Positions 1 through 14,274 are shown, counted from the first letter of the stretch. The stretch: 64,000 nt of DNA from Marsupella aquatica (GCA_973895155.1 OZ316895.1:24867538-24931537); one strand, 5' to 3'. Translations and numbers: made by a program. The notes: generated by a model from the sequence alone, not told the origin.

Positions 1-598
1 CAATCATAACATTCCATGTAATGACATTTCGATTAGTCAACTTTTCAAAAACTTTCCTTGCCTCGGTGATGCACCCACATTTAGCGTACATCAGTACGAG
101 AGCAGACCCTACACGCACGTCCGATTCAAAGCCGGCATGTCGAATACACTGATGAATTTCTTTTCCCCAATTGAGAGCTAATGGGCTTAAACATGCATTC
201 AGGATGCTCAGATACGTGATCTCATTCGGCTTCACGCCTTCTTGGCGCATTAGATTGAAAATTTCGAGTGCAGATTCAGCATGATCACTCCTAGCGTATC
301 CCGCAATCATGCTGGTCCAAGTAATAACACTCTTCTTCTGAATTTGATCAAAAAATCTACGTGCATCCGATAAACCTCCGCATTTGATATACACATTCAA
401 AAGCGTGACTGCCACATATGGATTTTCGTGAATTCCACTCTCGATGATGCAATCATGAATTTGCTTGGCTCCTGAAAGGTCTTTCTGTTGCAAGCACATT
501 TGCAGAACTTTAACATATGTGTACGAGTCTATAGCAATGCCTCGCTGTAGACGGTCTTTCAACATAGCAATTGTTTGACCCGTGGTACCAGGATGCAT
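1..598 (-). CDS. PLS-class pentatricopeptide repeat (PPR) protein, organellar RNA-editing-factor type; 5' part only, runs off the window edge
   Basis: Manual translation from ATG 598 gives MHPGTTGQTIAMLKDRLQRGIAIDSYTYVKVLQMC...LLNVYIKCGGLSDARRFFDQIQKKSVITWTSMIAGYA...GVKPNEITYLSILNAC...VGSALVLMYAKCGCITEARKVFEKLTNRNVITWNVMI, which are typical P/L/S motifs. The frame is open upstream only to an in-frame TGA at 791-793, so the true start is uncertain. Confidence 0.9.
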   Translation of the reverse strand, partial: MHPGTTGQTIAMLKDRLQRGIAIDSYTYVKVLQMCLQQKDLSGAKQIHDCIIESGIHENPYVAVTLLNVYIKCGGLSDARRFFDQIQKKSVITWTSMIAGYARSDHAESALEIFNLMRQEGVKPNEITYLSILNACLSPLALNWGKEIHQCIRHAGFESDVRVGSALVLMYAKCGCITEARKVFEKLTNRNVITWNVMI

Positions 599-3500
599 AT
601 GCCTACTGCCAATCCCTTTTGCAGTGACTTGAGACCGATCTCTCGTGCAATAACTAACATTAGATGGAAATCTGCAGTGAGTAACCAAATTCGCCCTTGC
701 CTTAACCCACGCTGGGGTTGACCATCCATCCACCCAAAATGCTAGTCTTGTCAACTTCTGATTGAACTCAGGTGCTCTGGGCTTCCTCTGTCAGCACCAC
801 AACCCACGATCAGATCTGCTACCAGGATAAACTCCAGGAGATTCCACGAGGTGCAATGAATTTGTAGTTATTTCTTGACGACTATGTTTCCAGTGATCTT
901 TCTACATGAGTGTTCAGAAATGGATAGCAGACCGGTAAGCCTCTCGAGTTCTAGGGTGCATTCCTACCTCCGTCCAAAGATGTATTTTCTTGTCTCCCTT
1001 GCTCTGCTGTGATCTTTGGTACAGATAACTTGCAAAAGTTAAATGACTCCTTTCCAACTGAGAGTAACGGCTATCTGTCAAGAATGCAATGATCTTAGAA
1101 TAGAATATCCAAATAATTATGAAAGGCATATCCAGGTATCAACAAGCTCGTTCCTTCTCCAGTATGTCACTGTACCCACAGAAAGGTCAGAGTCAAGAGC
1201 CTATCGAATTGGTACTAAAATACTTCAGCCAGAAGTCACATGTTATCCTTGGATTGTGTACAGGACAGACTCTTAGGGCATCTTGACAGGCATTCATTTG
1301 TAAGTTGCCTACACTGTCCTTTCTGCGCTATACACAAACCAGAATCTCAGGTTTCTGAAAAGAGACTACTTAGAAATAAAGCCTAGCCATCATCTGTAGA
1401 ATCCATCGTGATTAGACACAGATGACATGAACGTGAAAGCGCTTCCCTCCCTCTCCTACAATTCAGAAATAAAGGCTATCCATCATTCTTGAACTTGGCT
1501 CTTATACAATCCGTGAAGAGACACATACGACATGAATGTAACAGCCTCCCCTCCCCTCCCCTCCCCCCAACCCACCCTGTGCTTCTTAACACGAAAAAGG
1601 AATCAAACTTAAAGTTCAACTCAAGTCTTGATCACATAAGCCTCATAGCAGGAAATTCCCGCAACTATAAATGTCACACCGTGGTGCTGGAACAAGAGTT
1701 TCTGTTTAAAAGTAAGTACGCATAACGTTGAAATCGCTCTTCAGTCTCATTACCTGAAGGTCGTGTACAAGAACAATGGCGGATGCCAATACCAATCAAA
1801 CCGGAAGACGAACGATAAACTCTGCAAATCAAACGTCTTTGTTGAGAATGTATTCAAGGTCGTTTGGTCGCATCAAATCCAACAAAATGACATGCATACA
1901 AAATTAATCATACCTGGCTGAGGACTGTTGCCTAAAGCGGTCCATATCCAAAAGTTCCATCGAGTCAGCTCCGTTCCCGTGCCGGGAATACGGAGCTCAA
2001 TGGTACAGTTTTGAGAAATACGATCTTACCTGTTTGACAAAGGTTCAAATCAGTCTAAGTAGTGCAATCTTGCAGAGCCCTCAAATTTAAAGTCTCATCT
2101 TTCCTTCCCATGGACTAAGGAAAGAATATTCATTACGCGAAGGCTCTGTTGGGGAAACCTTGCCCGGGCAGAGGATTCTCAGCTCAGCGTAACAGTTGGA
2201 GGAAGCCCTAGAAGCATAGCAGTAGCGGTATCTTGTCCAGGATCAATTCCTCCTGCTGGACTCTTTTACGAATCATCCCAGCTTTGCCATCAGAACTTGA
2301 GAATCAAAACTACAAGTTTTGAGAAGAAAAAGTATGAGAAGATCTTCCATCCAAACCCCAAAGCAACCCACCGTCATACCTGCACATTGCCGTCTGAAAA
2401 ACTATGGCGCGAGTGCTCTTGTTTATCGCTCTCCAAGAAAGAACCCTTTCCAACTGAAGTGTCCTTGATACCAAACGAAGAATTGACGACATTTCTTCAA
2501 AGAAGAACTTGTGAAGTGGTATGCAGACCGTGTAAGTAGCAAATTGGACAGGCTCGACAATTCGTTCAGAACAAGAAGTTGAAGCAAGTGGCAACAAAAT
2601 TGATCTAGATTGTGACGGGAAATCAGGAGACGGGCAGCAGGAGACGTCATGCAAGAAATGAGCAGGACTTGAACCAGGATGTACTGTATCCCGGGCTGAA
2701 AAAGACATCATGTCCCGCTTCCTTGGGCGCTCGGAGGTGAGAAGTGTAGTTGCCCAGCAATCTAAGGTCAAAACGCAGAAGAACATCCAGTATAGCTAGG
2801 GCCTTACTAGGAATTCTCTGCCCAAAGGACATGACGACAGGCCGTGTAAAAGTGGTAACGCGAACCTAACAGGGGTCACTGAATTCGTCAGCATGTAGCT
2901 ACGCACAGCTCGATACCAACTCCCCGAGAAGCAACTATAGCAATTCACCAATCCGAAGCCACTACGACAAGTAGTTTAGCAGATTGTGAATTCTACAAGG
3001 ATTGTTAGCTCATTAAATTGTTCCGTCACCAGCTAATATTGTCTTTTCGAACTTATAAGTTGGTGTTAGTGGTAAGTCCTGCTGATTATCTTCTTCATTT
3101 CTTGTTGTAGCTGTCCTTTCAGTTACCTCACTGGTATTTGGTCCTGCTGTCTCTTGTGCTCCCTCACTCATTTTCTTGAACACCCTAAACACACACCCTA
3201 AACCCTAAACCCTTCTGTGCATTGTGGAGCTATATATAACAATTCTTCAACAGTTCATTCCACTTTGGCCTTTGAAATAACCTCTACCAATTTCTTTATT
3301 ATCTCTTGGTTCTTCCCTTAATGATTCATCACTTATTGGGTCTTCCTCATGTGTAAAGGACTCTCTGATTTCTTCTTTAAAACTCTCATCAGACTCTAAA
3401 AGTTCAGCTCCATCTTCTATTCTATCATCCAAACCCATTAACCTTCTGGTCTTGGTAGCAATTCACTTTGTTGATGTTGTCGGATTTGTTCTGCTGTGTC

Positions 3501-4869
3501 TCGTGTTGTAGCGTCCAATTGTTCCCAACTGGTACTTGGTACTCCACTCGTGGACGGTAGAGCTAACACGATTGGTGGCTCCACCGATTGTGACCTAGTC
3601 ACTATATTCACATCCATTGTCTGAATTCTTACATGATTAACTGGTGCTTTAGTTTGTGCTTTGGTTCTTTCTTTATTATGTTGCACCCATAATTCACACT
3701 TAGCCCCTCTTATATGTCCGGGCTTCCCACAATAATAGCAAGTAAGGGGAGGTCTTTCTCCCCCTTCCCTGAAGTTCCTCTTATTTGAATATTGTCTGTC
3801 AGGATTCCTTGGAATTTATTTTTTCTTAAATAAATAATGAAATAAATAATTATACTTCGAATCAGGATATATTCTTTATGTGTGTACGACCCCCTAAATT
3901 TTGTTGCTTGTAGTAAAGTAATCATTTTAAAATGCTAAACCCTAAATATATTATCGGCGCATTACGGCCGTAGTGCAGCGGCTGTGTGGCTGTTTTGGAG
4001 GCCCGGAACAAGTGTAGTGGCGGTCGTGAAGGAGAGGTTGTGGTCGTTTTTATACAAGCATCTGGCCCGTTCATTTAAAATCCACGGCCAACATTCATTG
4101 TTGACTTTTCATGCTAACATTTATTGTTTACTTTCCACGGCTGATATTTATTGTTGACGTGTCCTGTCGATGAGGTACTTTCCACGGGTAACATTTATTG
4201 TTGACTTTCTACGGTTGATATTTATTGTTGACTTGTCCTGTCGAGGAGATACTTGTGGCGGATAGCTGGAATGATGATTTGTATACAAAATGATGTTAAC
4301 CGTATATTGTAAGAACTGGGATTTTCCATTAGTAGTCAAGTGTTGGATTTAGGTTTCCATTTGCTTATGATCGCAATCGTCTATCTTTCTCATTGACGGC
4401 CGCCATTGAAGATTGGATTGAATTGAAGTCCTTGCGCCTGATCTTGCCCATCTATCTCTTCTTAGCGACAGTCCAGATTCTCTTTGGATTTCCACTCTTT
4501 CTAGACTAAGTGTTCGCTTTTCTTTATCATCTTTCTTGTCCATCTTTTACAACTGACTGCACAATGTGTCAGTCTGCCCTTGTCGTGGCTGTCTATACTC
4601 AGGGATCAAAGGCTCATGTTTAGTGTTGATTTTCCCTTTTCTAGACTAAGTGTTGGATTTTCTTTATCATCTTTCTTGTCCATCTTTTACAACATGGTTG
4701 TCTATACCCAGACATCAACTTACACTTTATATTAAGTACCAAAATTAGCCATTTCTAGACTAAGTGTTTAGCTTGTGTTTTATCTCGGCCTTCTATTTTA
4801 CTTGATGAAGGGGCAAGATTACAGATTTAATTTGTAGTTGAAGTACCTGCCGGTTTGAGGGCCATGCCT

Positions 4870-6056
4870 CTAGCTAACTCCAAACTTTCTCAACTCCCAA
4901 CAAACAACTTCCAGCCAACTCCCAACCCACAACTCCCCCAACCCACAATGTCAAGTGACCCCCACCCACAACCAAACTCCAAACTCCCTCAACCTCTAAC
5001 ACACAATGTCAACCCCCACCCACAACACAACCAAACTCCCTTAACTCCCTCAACCTCCAACACATAACTCCCCAACTCCCTCAACCCCCAACATACAACT
5101 GTCTACCTACCCAACCCAAGACACAACTCCCCAATCCATCAACCCCCAACACCCAACTCTACAACAAATTATTTAGCTCCCTATATACATTTTTGTGCAG
5201 CCCAGCGATCACAATGTTCGGTCTTTGCGGTCTTTTGTTGGAGTTGGAGTGAGACAGTTGGATGTTGAGGGTGGTCAGGGCGTGTGAGGGTTAAGGGGTG
5301 TGGGGTTGAGGGGTTTTGAGTGGGGAGTTTTGCGAGTGGTGTCTTGCAGAGTTGAGGGTGGTGGTGGGTTTGTTGGAGTTGGGTGAGATAGTTGGGTGTT
5401 GAGGGTTGAGGGTGGTCAGGGCGTGTGAGGGTTGAGGGGTGTGGGGTTGAGGGGTTTTGAGTGAGGAGTTTTGCGAGTGGTGTGCTGCAGAGTTGAGGGT
5501 GGTGGTGGGTTCGTTGGAGTTGGGTGAGACAGTTGGGTGTTGAGGGTTGAGGGTGGTCGGGGTGTGTGAGGGTTGAGGGGTTTGGAGTTTTGAGTGAGTT
5601 TGGAGTTTTGCGAGTGGTGTGTTGCAGGGTTGAGGGGTTTGGAGTTTTGAGTTTTGAGTGGGGAGTTTGGGGAGTGGCGTGTTGCAGGGTTGAGGGTGGT
5701 TGGGGTGTGTGTGGGTTGAGGGCTCTCGGGTTGAGGGGTTTGGAGTTTTGAGTGAGTTTGGAGTTTGGGGAGTGGTGTGTTGCAGGGTTGAGGGTGGTTT
5801 GGGTGTGTGTGGGTTGAGGGTTGACTGTGGTGTTGAGGTTTGGAGTTTAGAGTTTAGCGTTTAGGGTTTAGGGAGTTTGGGTTGAGAGGGGGTTGGGGAG
5901 TGGTGTAGTGCGGGTTTAGGGAGTTTGGGGGGAGTTGTGTGTTGGGGGTGGAGGGAGTTTGGGAGTTTGGTTGGGGAGGAGTTGACACAGCGAGTTCGAG
6001 TTTAGGGGGTTTGGTCTGTATATATCTTCTCCTCAGGTTCAAGTTTAGGGGGTTTG
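4870..6056. repeat. Low-complexity C-rich arm (about 4870-5165) facing a G-rich arm (about 5236-6056), with ~135-bp tandem units and degenerate plant telomere motifs
   Basis: CCCCAACCC/CTCCCAAC runs are followed by GGGTTGAGGG/GGAGTTTGGG runs. The unit GTTGGAGTTGG(A/G)TGAGA... recurs at about 5237, 5372 and 5513. TTTAGGGTTTAGGG occurs near 5859. Confidence 0.75.
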
Positions 6057-7065
6057 GTCAGAGGCAGGTAATCTGTCAGAGGACGGACCAACGACAGTGG
6101 TTGCAGAGGAAGCATTGGGGGCGTCCATTGAGGATCCACCACCGGTGTCGTGACGGTGCAAGGGCGCCGTTCCTTTTAGGAAAGGCGGACGTGGAGGTAG
6201 GAGGCGTGAGTGGGCAGGGCGGGCGCTGATCTCCACGTTTAGGATTAGGATCAGGACCAGGAGCGGCCCTGACACTTAGCTTAGTGGGATTGCGGTTCCA
6301 CTGGTAGGAGCAACACTTGTGCTCCTGCCTTGCTGTACATAGGTAGATTCGGGCAGGTAGGTTACTGTTAGGTAGATTAGGCTTACGCTGCAAAGAATTA
6401 GGCGGATCCACTACCAGGATAAGTACCTGGGCAGCGGGGAGCTCAGGGCCTCTTCTTTAGCAAGTTTTTAGTTTGCACCAGCCGGGCTGGGATCAAGTAG
6501 TAAGAGAAGCTCTCGGTTAGTCATACCGTGACTTTGTGTATATTCATGTTTCCTCATGCCTAAGAGCTGAATAGAGTTGGCCTCACGGCTTAGTTCGCAG
6601 AACTTGTGTATGAGATGTACTGTTTGTATGGCAAGTGCATGGTATGACTTAGTCAGAAGGAGTCATTTTGCTATTTGTGTGTCGCATTAACTTGTGTGAA
6701 GAGTGCCCACATCAACCAGAAGGAAAGTAAGCAAGGGAGTGACAGTTGGATGTGTCGAGCTGAGAGAGGTCTTAGCGGCTTAACCAAGCCTATTGGGGAT
6801 CATTCCGACGGCGGAATCCAAACATACCTAACCAGAAGGAGAGGAAGACAAGGGAAGGCCTAGATTAGGCCGGCTACGTATCTCATGACCCGATGAAGGA
6901 TCTGTCCAGTATATGTGTGTAAAAGGCTAATAGTAATAGTAGAAGGAGGTTAGCAGCGTCCCCTGCCGCTAAGCCGCGGAAACGGCCTCGCCAAGCGCGA
7001 AACCTGCGGGAATCGGCTTGAGCTAGGGGGTTTCTTGGGTTTAGGGAGCCATGGGACGCACCACA
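6056..7065 (+). mobile_element. Family A unit, copy A1 (3' ~1 kb only, 5'-truncated)
   Basis: Matches the 3' end of the complete copy at 33797-38464 (end of ORF ...GASIEDPPPVS* plus 3' region) and ends with the family terminus GGGACGCACCACA at 7065. Confidence 0.9.
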
Positions 7066-10000
7066 GTGGCCTCCGTTGCGTGGCGGTGGATCACATTTGT
7101 AGATTTGAATGAGTCGGTTTAGACTTCCATTGCGAGTGAGCGCTGGCCATACCGAGACAAATGTAGTTTGCTATGAAGAACCAAAAACACACTTAATGGT
7201 CTTCAAACTCGGTATTCATTCCCGTAAAGAACAAGATGGGGTTAGTTTGATAGATTTAAACAATAATAATAGACTTAAGATGTTTTCCACACATAGTAAT
7301 CAAGTTTGATTACTTAAATACTATGGTATTTTGAAGATCTGTGGACCGGCTCAATATAGGGTATGTAAGGAACTTGTCAATTTTTTTGTTGTTTGTACAA
7401 GGAATAGTAAGAAAGTTATTGTAGTGTTATTTAGCAAAGTACTTAGGGTTTGCAACCCTAAGTCACTAGGGAAGGCTAGTAGGAAATCATGGAAGGGAGA
7501 AAATGTGTTGTTCTAAGCAAATGTAAAGGGATAAGTAATGTGATTTTGGTAGGCAGCAAATGTTCCACCCTTAGTTAGGATAAGCGACTAAGTCGGGACC
7601 GGAAAATGACACGACACCTGACATCTTATTTTTGGCTGATATTTCTCCCATGGGTGCTGGGAGGTCCCTAGGGAACCCTGAAAAAGTATGAAGTCAAGTG
7701 GGGTCTCAACCTAGGAGTTGTGAGTATTTTGACAGAAATTAAAATAACCAACTAGCGGGCCCTGGAGAAAATAGCCAAGGGGTAAATTTTGTGGGTTCGA
7801 GGTTAGAATTGAGTTTAGTATAGACCATAATATCCCTGGATTCTCTCATAAATACTTTGTCACCTTTTGTTACTTTTTGGGAACACCTCGAAGATTGGGA
7901 ATAGTAATGCGCTTTAATAAATATGGTCAAACTTATATATTTTTAGAAAAGTCGTTATGGAGTGTTTAGAGAGTTTGATAAATTTAGGAGTGAGTCCTAT
8001 GTCCAAGGATTCCATAAATGTGCTCAGAAGTACGTTTGGACATTTGAGTGAATTATGGCATGGCCTTCAAGAGGGGCCAGTATAACTGTTTCTCCTGAGA
8101 GGAAAACGAAATTTTTCAAAGTGTCAAAACGCGTCGACGCGGCTGCGACCAGACTAGCACGAGGTCAGGCAAGCACGACATGGGCAGGAATGCACGAGGT
8201 GGGCTAATTGAAGGGCTGGTGCTCATCAAAATAGGCCACTCTTGATCTGAATAGGCAGGTGCGGGATTGAATTGAGCTAGCTGCTGCTGAGAAGGACTTG
8301 ACCTAGCTGCTAGTGTGAAATTGAATTGTGAGCTATGGTTGCTGATTGGAATAGGGAGGCTGGCTTTGAATTGGGAAGCTTGCTTGCTGCTATGGCAGCG
8401 GCACAATAAATTAGAGGTGCTGCTATTAATCAGGCATGAGATGCTCACGAGAATTGGCTGGCTGCTACCTTGATGCTGCTGAATTGATGGATGCTGCTGC
8501 TAGCTGCGAAATTGCAGAGGTGGGCAGCTATGAAATTAATAAGAGAGACTTGCTTGGCTAAGTGATTGGAATAGAGCTAGTTGTTGAGAAGGGATCAAGC
8601 TATGGCTGCTGCTGCTGTGCTTCGAATCAGCTGCTATGCTTCGAATCAACTGCTATGCTTCGAATCTGCTGCTGTGCTGTTGTGTTGCAAGCTGCGAATT
8701 GGTGGGCTATGGCTGCTGCAAAATTCTGTTGCGATTTTGAATCACTTGCAAGGCTAGATGGCTATGGAGGTGGACTGAGAAGGGTGCTGTAGACCTGGCT
8801 GAGCTATCAATTGACCTGCTGTCATTCGATCCAATAGAGAATGCTGCCGTTTCAGATTGAATTCAAGAGAGAGGAAAATGCTGCAAAAATTGGTATCCTT
8901 ATCAATCTTCTTCATAAGAAACGTGAGTATAATGAGAGTACTCTCCCCTCATGACACGTGGAATCCCCATAAGGGGCTTGTAAGGTTCAAGTGTAATCGG
9001 GTCGCCGCTTACACCCGCTTTACACCAAAAACAGGCCTTGGGAGAATGGGCATAACTTTGGCTAGGGGTATCCTTTGGGGCCCAAATTTTTTTGTGCTGA
9101 GTTAGGGGAAGGTAAGGCACCCCTTGGTGAAGGTGGAAACCCAGAAAAATAATCACTCAAATATATTTTTAACGGAGGCCACGAGGGGGTCCCCATAGCT
9201 TGCAAACGGGAGTGCATGGGGGAAGTAAGACCAGGTTTTTAGGCCGACACTTCTTGCACCCGTGTCACCCAAGTTAGGATACATGGAGAAGAGAGTACCT
9301 CAGGGTAAAGGTGCAAGGCCGTTAGGGTAAGGAAAGTAAGTTGATAGGTCGGGGTAGTAAGTAAGGACTAGTAAATAATGAGCCAACTTTGACATGACAC
9401 AACTTGAGACTCACTCACTCTTTTTGCGAGCTTTCAAGTGGGTTGGGAAGCTGGTGAGGAGGACCATAAGTGAGAGCAGGTTTGGAGGTCAAAGCATGCA
9501 ACTCATGTGTGACATATTCCAGGGCTTGGAAGGAGTCAAGCAATAGGTTGTAGAGTGAGCTACAAACTATAGTGTTGAACTTTGTGTGTTAGGAGGACTT
9601 GGGGGAGGAGTAGTTGGACCCCAGGTCAAGCTTGGTGTGGTGTGGAAGGAGAATAGTATATAAGGAGAAATTTTTCCTTTGTTAGGGACCGGGAGTCTCA
9701 TCTCTTAAGTGGAATCTCTACCTTGCCAAGGTAGGGCTAAGCTTGAGAAGGGAGAGGTGGTCCATGCTTAGTGTGGAGAATGTGTAGTGAACTTTTGTTG
9801 TAAAGGTGATGCAATAAAAGGAGACTTGCCAATCTTCATTGTGACCATTAAGTGTGAGTGCATTTGAAGCATATGAGAGCAAGAGAAGAGTCCATGCTAT
9901 GATGTAATCTTGGTCTAAGCTTGAAGGGAATGTGCTAGTACAAAACCAAGGCCAAGGAGGCAAGGTTAAGGTAGAGCACTACTTTGAGACTTAGAGAGGA

Positions 10001-11681
10001 TTATAGCTTGAGGGTGGAAAGTATTTTGCTTGGTGTGTAGTGTTAACAGGAAGTAAGAACAAGAGGAAGAGTCCTTAGATAGAGGAGCCTTCTCTAGAGC
10101 TCAAAGGGGATGTGTGGACCCAAACCAAGGCCCGGGGGGCAAGGTTGAGGGGTAACACTACTTTGAGGATCTTGAGGAGACTTAAGCTTGAAGAGGAAAG
10201 TACTTTGGTTCTTGGGTGTTTGTGTGAGACTCTTCTCTAAGGTGACAGCTTGGAGCGAAGATCCCCCTTGCTGATCCTTGGAGTAGAGGAGAGGGGAAGG
10301 GTGTGAGTACAAAAGTAGTCAAGGGGACTACCTCTCTAGAAGTGGAGAGTTGAAACTACTTATGTATGGAGTGATTAGTCATTGTAGGCACATTTCAGAA
10401 GTTTTGTCAATCCTTTGTGACCCTGGTATGATATGGAGCAGGTATTAGGTAGTCTTTTGGGGAGAAAAGCCGCGTAAGCTCCTTGACAAGTATTTGACAA
10501 GATCGCTCCACATCGGTGAGTAGTTTTCAATGATAACTCAGCATCATGGAACCATAAATTAATGAAAAGGGAATGATTAACAAAATACACCAAAAATATC
10601 TTAAAGTATGTTAAGGGAGCCTGGAATTGATCACTTAGATTGCTCCTTAAATATAAGTCAAAATGAAAAGACTTAAGGATTCAAATCTATATTATTTTTC
10701 AGATCTAAAATGCTTACTAGAGTACTCTTTTAAAGTGTCGTCAACACGTCTTGTTTTTTCTTTCTAAGTGGTACTCAGACAAGACCTAAAAGAGTGACTA
10801 CTTCAATATTTAGATGGTACTAAGTAACATGAAAGAAAATTCATCAATTTCAATAAGGCTTAAACTCAATGAGTTAACTCTAAGAACTCAAGAGATTGCA
10901 ATGAATCACCAACAAGGGAATCTGTCATTACAACTCAAAAGATTTGCACAAAAGGAATTTTACTTCCTGTGTTTATAATCATAGGTAAAAACACAAGGAG
11001 GCAAGTTTCTCCAAATGTTAAACCTGATCTCGAACTCATAGATTCATGATCAACTAGTTTAACACAAACAAGAGGCAAAAATGCATAACTTAACCATAAA
11101 CTACACTAGTGGTGGAGGGGTCTTATAGTAAAAATTTACAGAGTAAGAGGTCATAAGGTCGAAGAGACATGCCTCTTCATACTCCTCAAAAAGTCAAAAT
11201 GGCAATTCAGTAAGTGAAGTGCCGGAAAATGGCTAAGTGAGAACCCGTAAAAGCATAAAAGCGTAAAGGCGTAAACTCGTAAAAGCATAAAGACATAAAC
11301 CGTAATCCTTAACTTGTGAACGCGTATTGCGGTATACAAAAACTTAACTATTTCAACTATTCCTAACTTTCTACTCCTGGCTCGGAAAGCTCTGAAATTT
11401 TGCCAGTGAGTTTCCCTACGCACAGACTATACACTAAATAAGTTTCATAGGTGTTAAAGCTCTATAACACATTTTGAAAAATAGGGAAAGATGCACTACT
11501 CTTAAAACTAACTAAAAACACAGACTACTCAAGCTTGTTGTCGGATGTCTTCTGGTTCGAGTAGCTCCACTGCTGTGACAATCCGATTATGTGTAAGTTC
11601 CATCAGTTCAGCCTGGCGTGGGGATCCTTGAGAGTAGGGTAGGCATCTTAGTTGTCTTTTAGGATACATCAGGGGCATTCT

Positions 11682-14274
11682 TGTGATGCCTAGCCAGGAA
11701 TCACTAGGCCAGTTAAAGTGGGAAAATGGAAGTGTACCCTAGAAACACCTTAGTATAGTTATATAAATCAGGAAAATATAAACAATTAAGGGTGACTATG
11801 GAACCCGGGCTGAGGCCGGAAGTAAGGATGCCGGGGGAAAGAACATGATTAGGGTTAGGGCGCGCTAAAGAGGTCGGCGGGAGGGAGAACTAGAGGAGGA
11901 GAGGGGTAAGGACCGCTCGCAAGGAATGGTGGCTCATTTGCAAAAATGAACTGGGCAGACGACTACGAGAGGCCAACTCTGTCAGCTGCTTAGGCAAGCA
12001 CTCTGGGCGGGAGCAGATACCGATGATCGACTCAAGGAGGGTATGAGCAACGTCAATCAAGCGGCACATTTTTGGGGATGCCTGTTCGAACGGGCAACTG
12101 AGTACGTTGGGACTTACGAGGACAAAGAATCGGAGAGAGCAGCTCGAGAACGGCAGGAGCTCGCTCGATTTTGGGAGCTGCAGAAATCTGCCTTCTTAGG
12201 AGGAGAACTCATCAAGGCCGAATTCTTGTGGACCCCTACTGCCAATCAACTCGACGACCTTCTATTTTGCGAAGACAGAATCGTCGGCATCCGTGAAGCC
12301 ATCAAACGCTGCAACGACATACACTGGGAGTTGAAGGGTAGCACGGAGGGGTGGACAAAGGCAACCGTGCTAGGAGAAACATCCACGGCAGCCGAGATGA
12401 AGAGGAAAGGAACCAACGAAGAGGCCACCCCGGCAAAAAGAACTAGGTCGGCGGCACCCAGGAAACCAACAGAGCAGGGAGGCAGGAGGCAGGCGGAAGC
12501 CGAGGAGGAGGAGGTTGACCCCATCAACGCCGTTCCAACAAGAGATGACACCTGGAAAGGCTGGGCGACGACCCTCCCCGAGGAAGTGCAATTACACTTT
12601 GCACGGGAAGAGGATGCATGCTTTACGGCTATGCAGACTCGGAAATACCAGGGCTTCATGGCCGGATCCGGCTTGGAAGCCTTCGTAAGGTTACCATGGC
12701 TGAAGCCGGAGGTGCCGGATTCAGACTTACTAGAATTCATGGGATCATGGGAGTCCGAGACCAATTGCACAAGGGTGTATGGGAAGGATTTCTATCTCAC
12801 TCCCCAGGTGATTGCCGAAGTGTTTGGCTTGCCGATAGGCAATAAGACCAAGGTAGATACCAGGAAGACCTTGCCAGACAAGGAGTTCCGGTCGTTTCCA
12901 GGGCCATCAACAAAGAATGGCTTCTTCCGAAACACCTGCACCAACCCGCATATAGGAGAGATGATCGATTTCTTGCGAGTGACCATGCTTGCAACTTGCC
13001 GAGGGCAGAGATCGGCAAGGCAAAGGTCTATTTGGCGGAGAGACCAGACCCAAGCCGGGACTACAACCGTTACCTCCTCACTCAACTAAAGAAGATCTTG
13101 AAGGAGGAACAGCTAGTGATCGGCATGGGAAGCGTGTCCCGGCTTGGCTATCACATGCCGTTATTGTGCCGGTATGCCCGAAGTAAGACCTTTGCTCCGG
13201 TACTTCCCCTACAGGCAAGGGCACCGGAGGAGGTTCCGGAACAGAGGCCGGCAACGGAGAAACCAAAACCGCCCGATAGTCCTACAATCGAGCAGGTGTT
13301 TAGGCCAAGGACGGAGGACTTGCCAATGCAGCAACCAGACATGCAGAATCTGCTGAAATTGCTGGAGAAAGAAAAGGGAATGGCAACGGCACCAATACAG
13401 GACTCTACTCCAGAGGTAGGCCTAAACCGGCTTACAAGGGAAAACCCCTTTACTGGAGCCAAGGAGAGAAGGAGGCCAGAACACGAGCCGGGAGTTCGGA
13501 TGTATGTAGGAGCCTCAAGTCCCAAAGCCGAGGAGGAGCAGCCTGTAGCTCCCGGCCACGATAGGGAGAACAAGAGATCAACCAGGAGGGCGGGAGACCA
13601 AGCCGAAGAGGAGGCGGTGGAGGACTACAGCAATGATAACTTTGGCTACGGGTTGGATCATCATGTTCCAGGAGTAAGGACCTGTGGCCGGTTCATCCCC
13701 ACGCTCCCAAGAGTAGTTTGAGGGGACCCGACACAGCAGAGCAGCCCCGAGTCTCCCCCACCCGATATCGCTCCCCCGAGCTTTGACGGTATAAAGCAGA
13801 CGACACAAGAGTTTCAGGAGCGACTCAGGGAGGAAGAGAAGGCAGCCCTGGCTAAGGAGAAAGATTTACCAGGAGGAGATTGGCCAGAAGACATTAAGCG
13901 GCTTGCCAAAAAAAGAAGCAACCCTCTTGCCACCATAGAAGAAATCCGCAGGGCGGCTTGGGAACAGAGGCCGCGGTGGTTGATGCCGATGACTTCTACT
14001 TACTCCACCTATGCTAAAGATAGAGCCATGGAGTACGGGGAGATGTGTGGGGAACTTGCGCTCGGCATTTTTGGGGAGGAGTTGGAGCAGGGACCTTTTT
14101 TCCAGAGGGAGATGTTGGAGAAGCGCCGATTAGAAGAAGCGGTGGCTTTGGAAAGAAGCAAGAAGGACGAGGTCATCCGTCGGCTCAGGGCAAGGGAAGC
14201 CGAAGTAGAAGACCTGAAGGCGGCCAAGAAAGCCCAAGATGAGCTGCGAATTAAGCGGCATGAGCTAAACATCA
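11682..14274 (+). mobile_element. Family A unit, copy A2 (5' 2.6 kb, 3'-truncated, ORF frameshifted)
   Basis: Starts with the family terminus TGTGATGCCTAG at 11682. ORF pieces 12043-13089, 12996-13721 and 13980-14288 are collinear with the 1210-aa ORF of copy A5. Confidence 0.9.

Noticed and set aside
7066-11681. Possible further LTR-like or degenerate TE unit (ends near GCTGTGACA at 11580)
   Set aside because: No matching TSD, second copy or coding motif found; the short ORFs look spurious.
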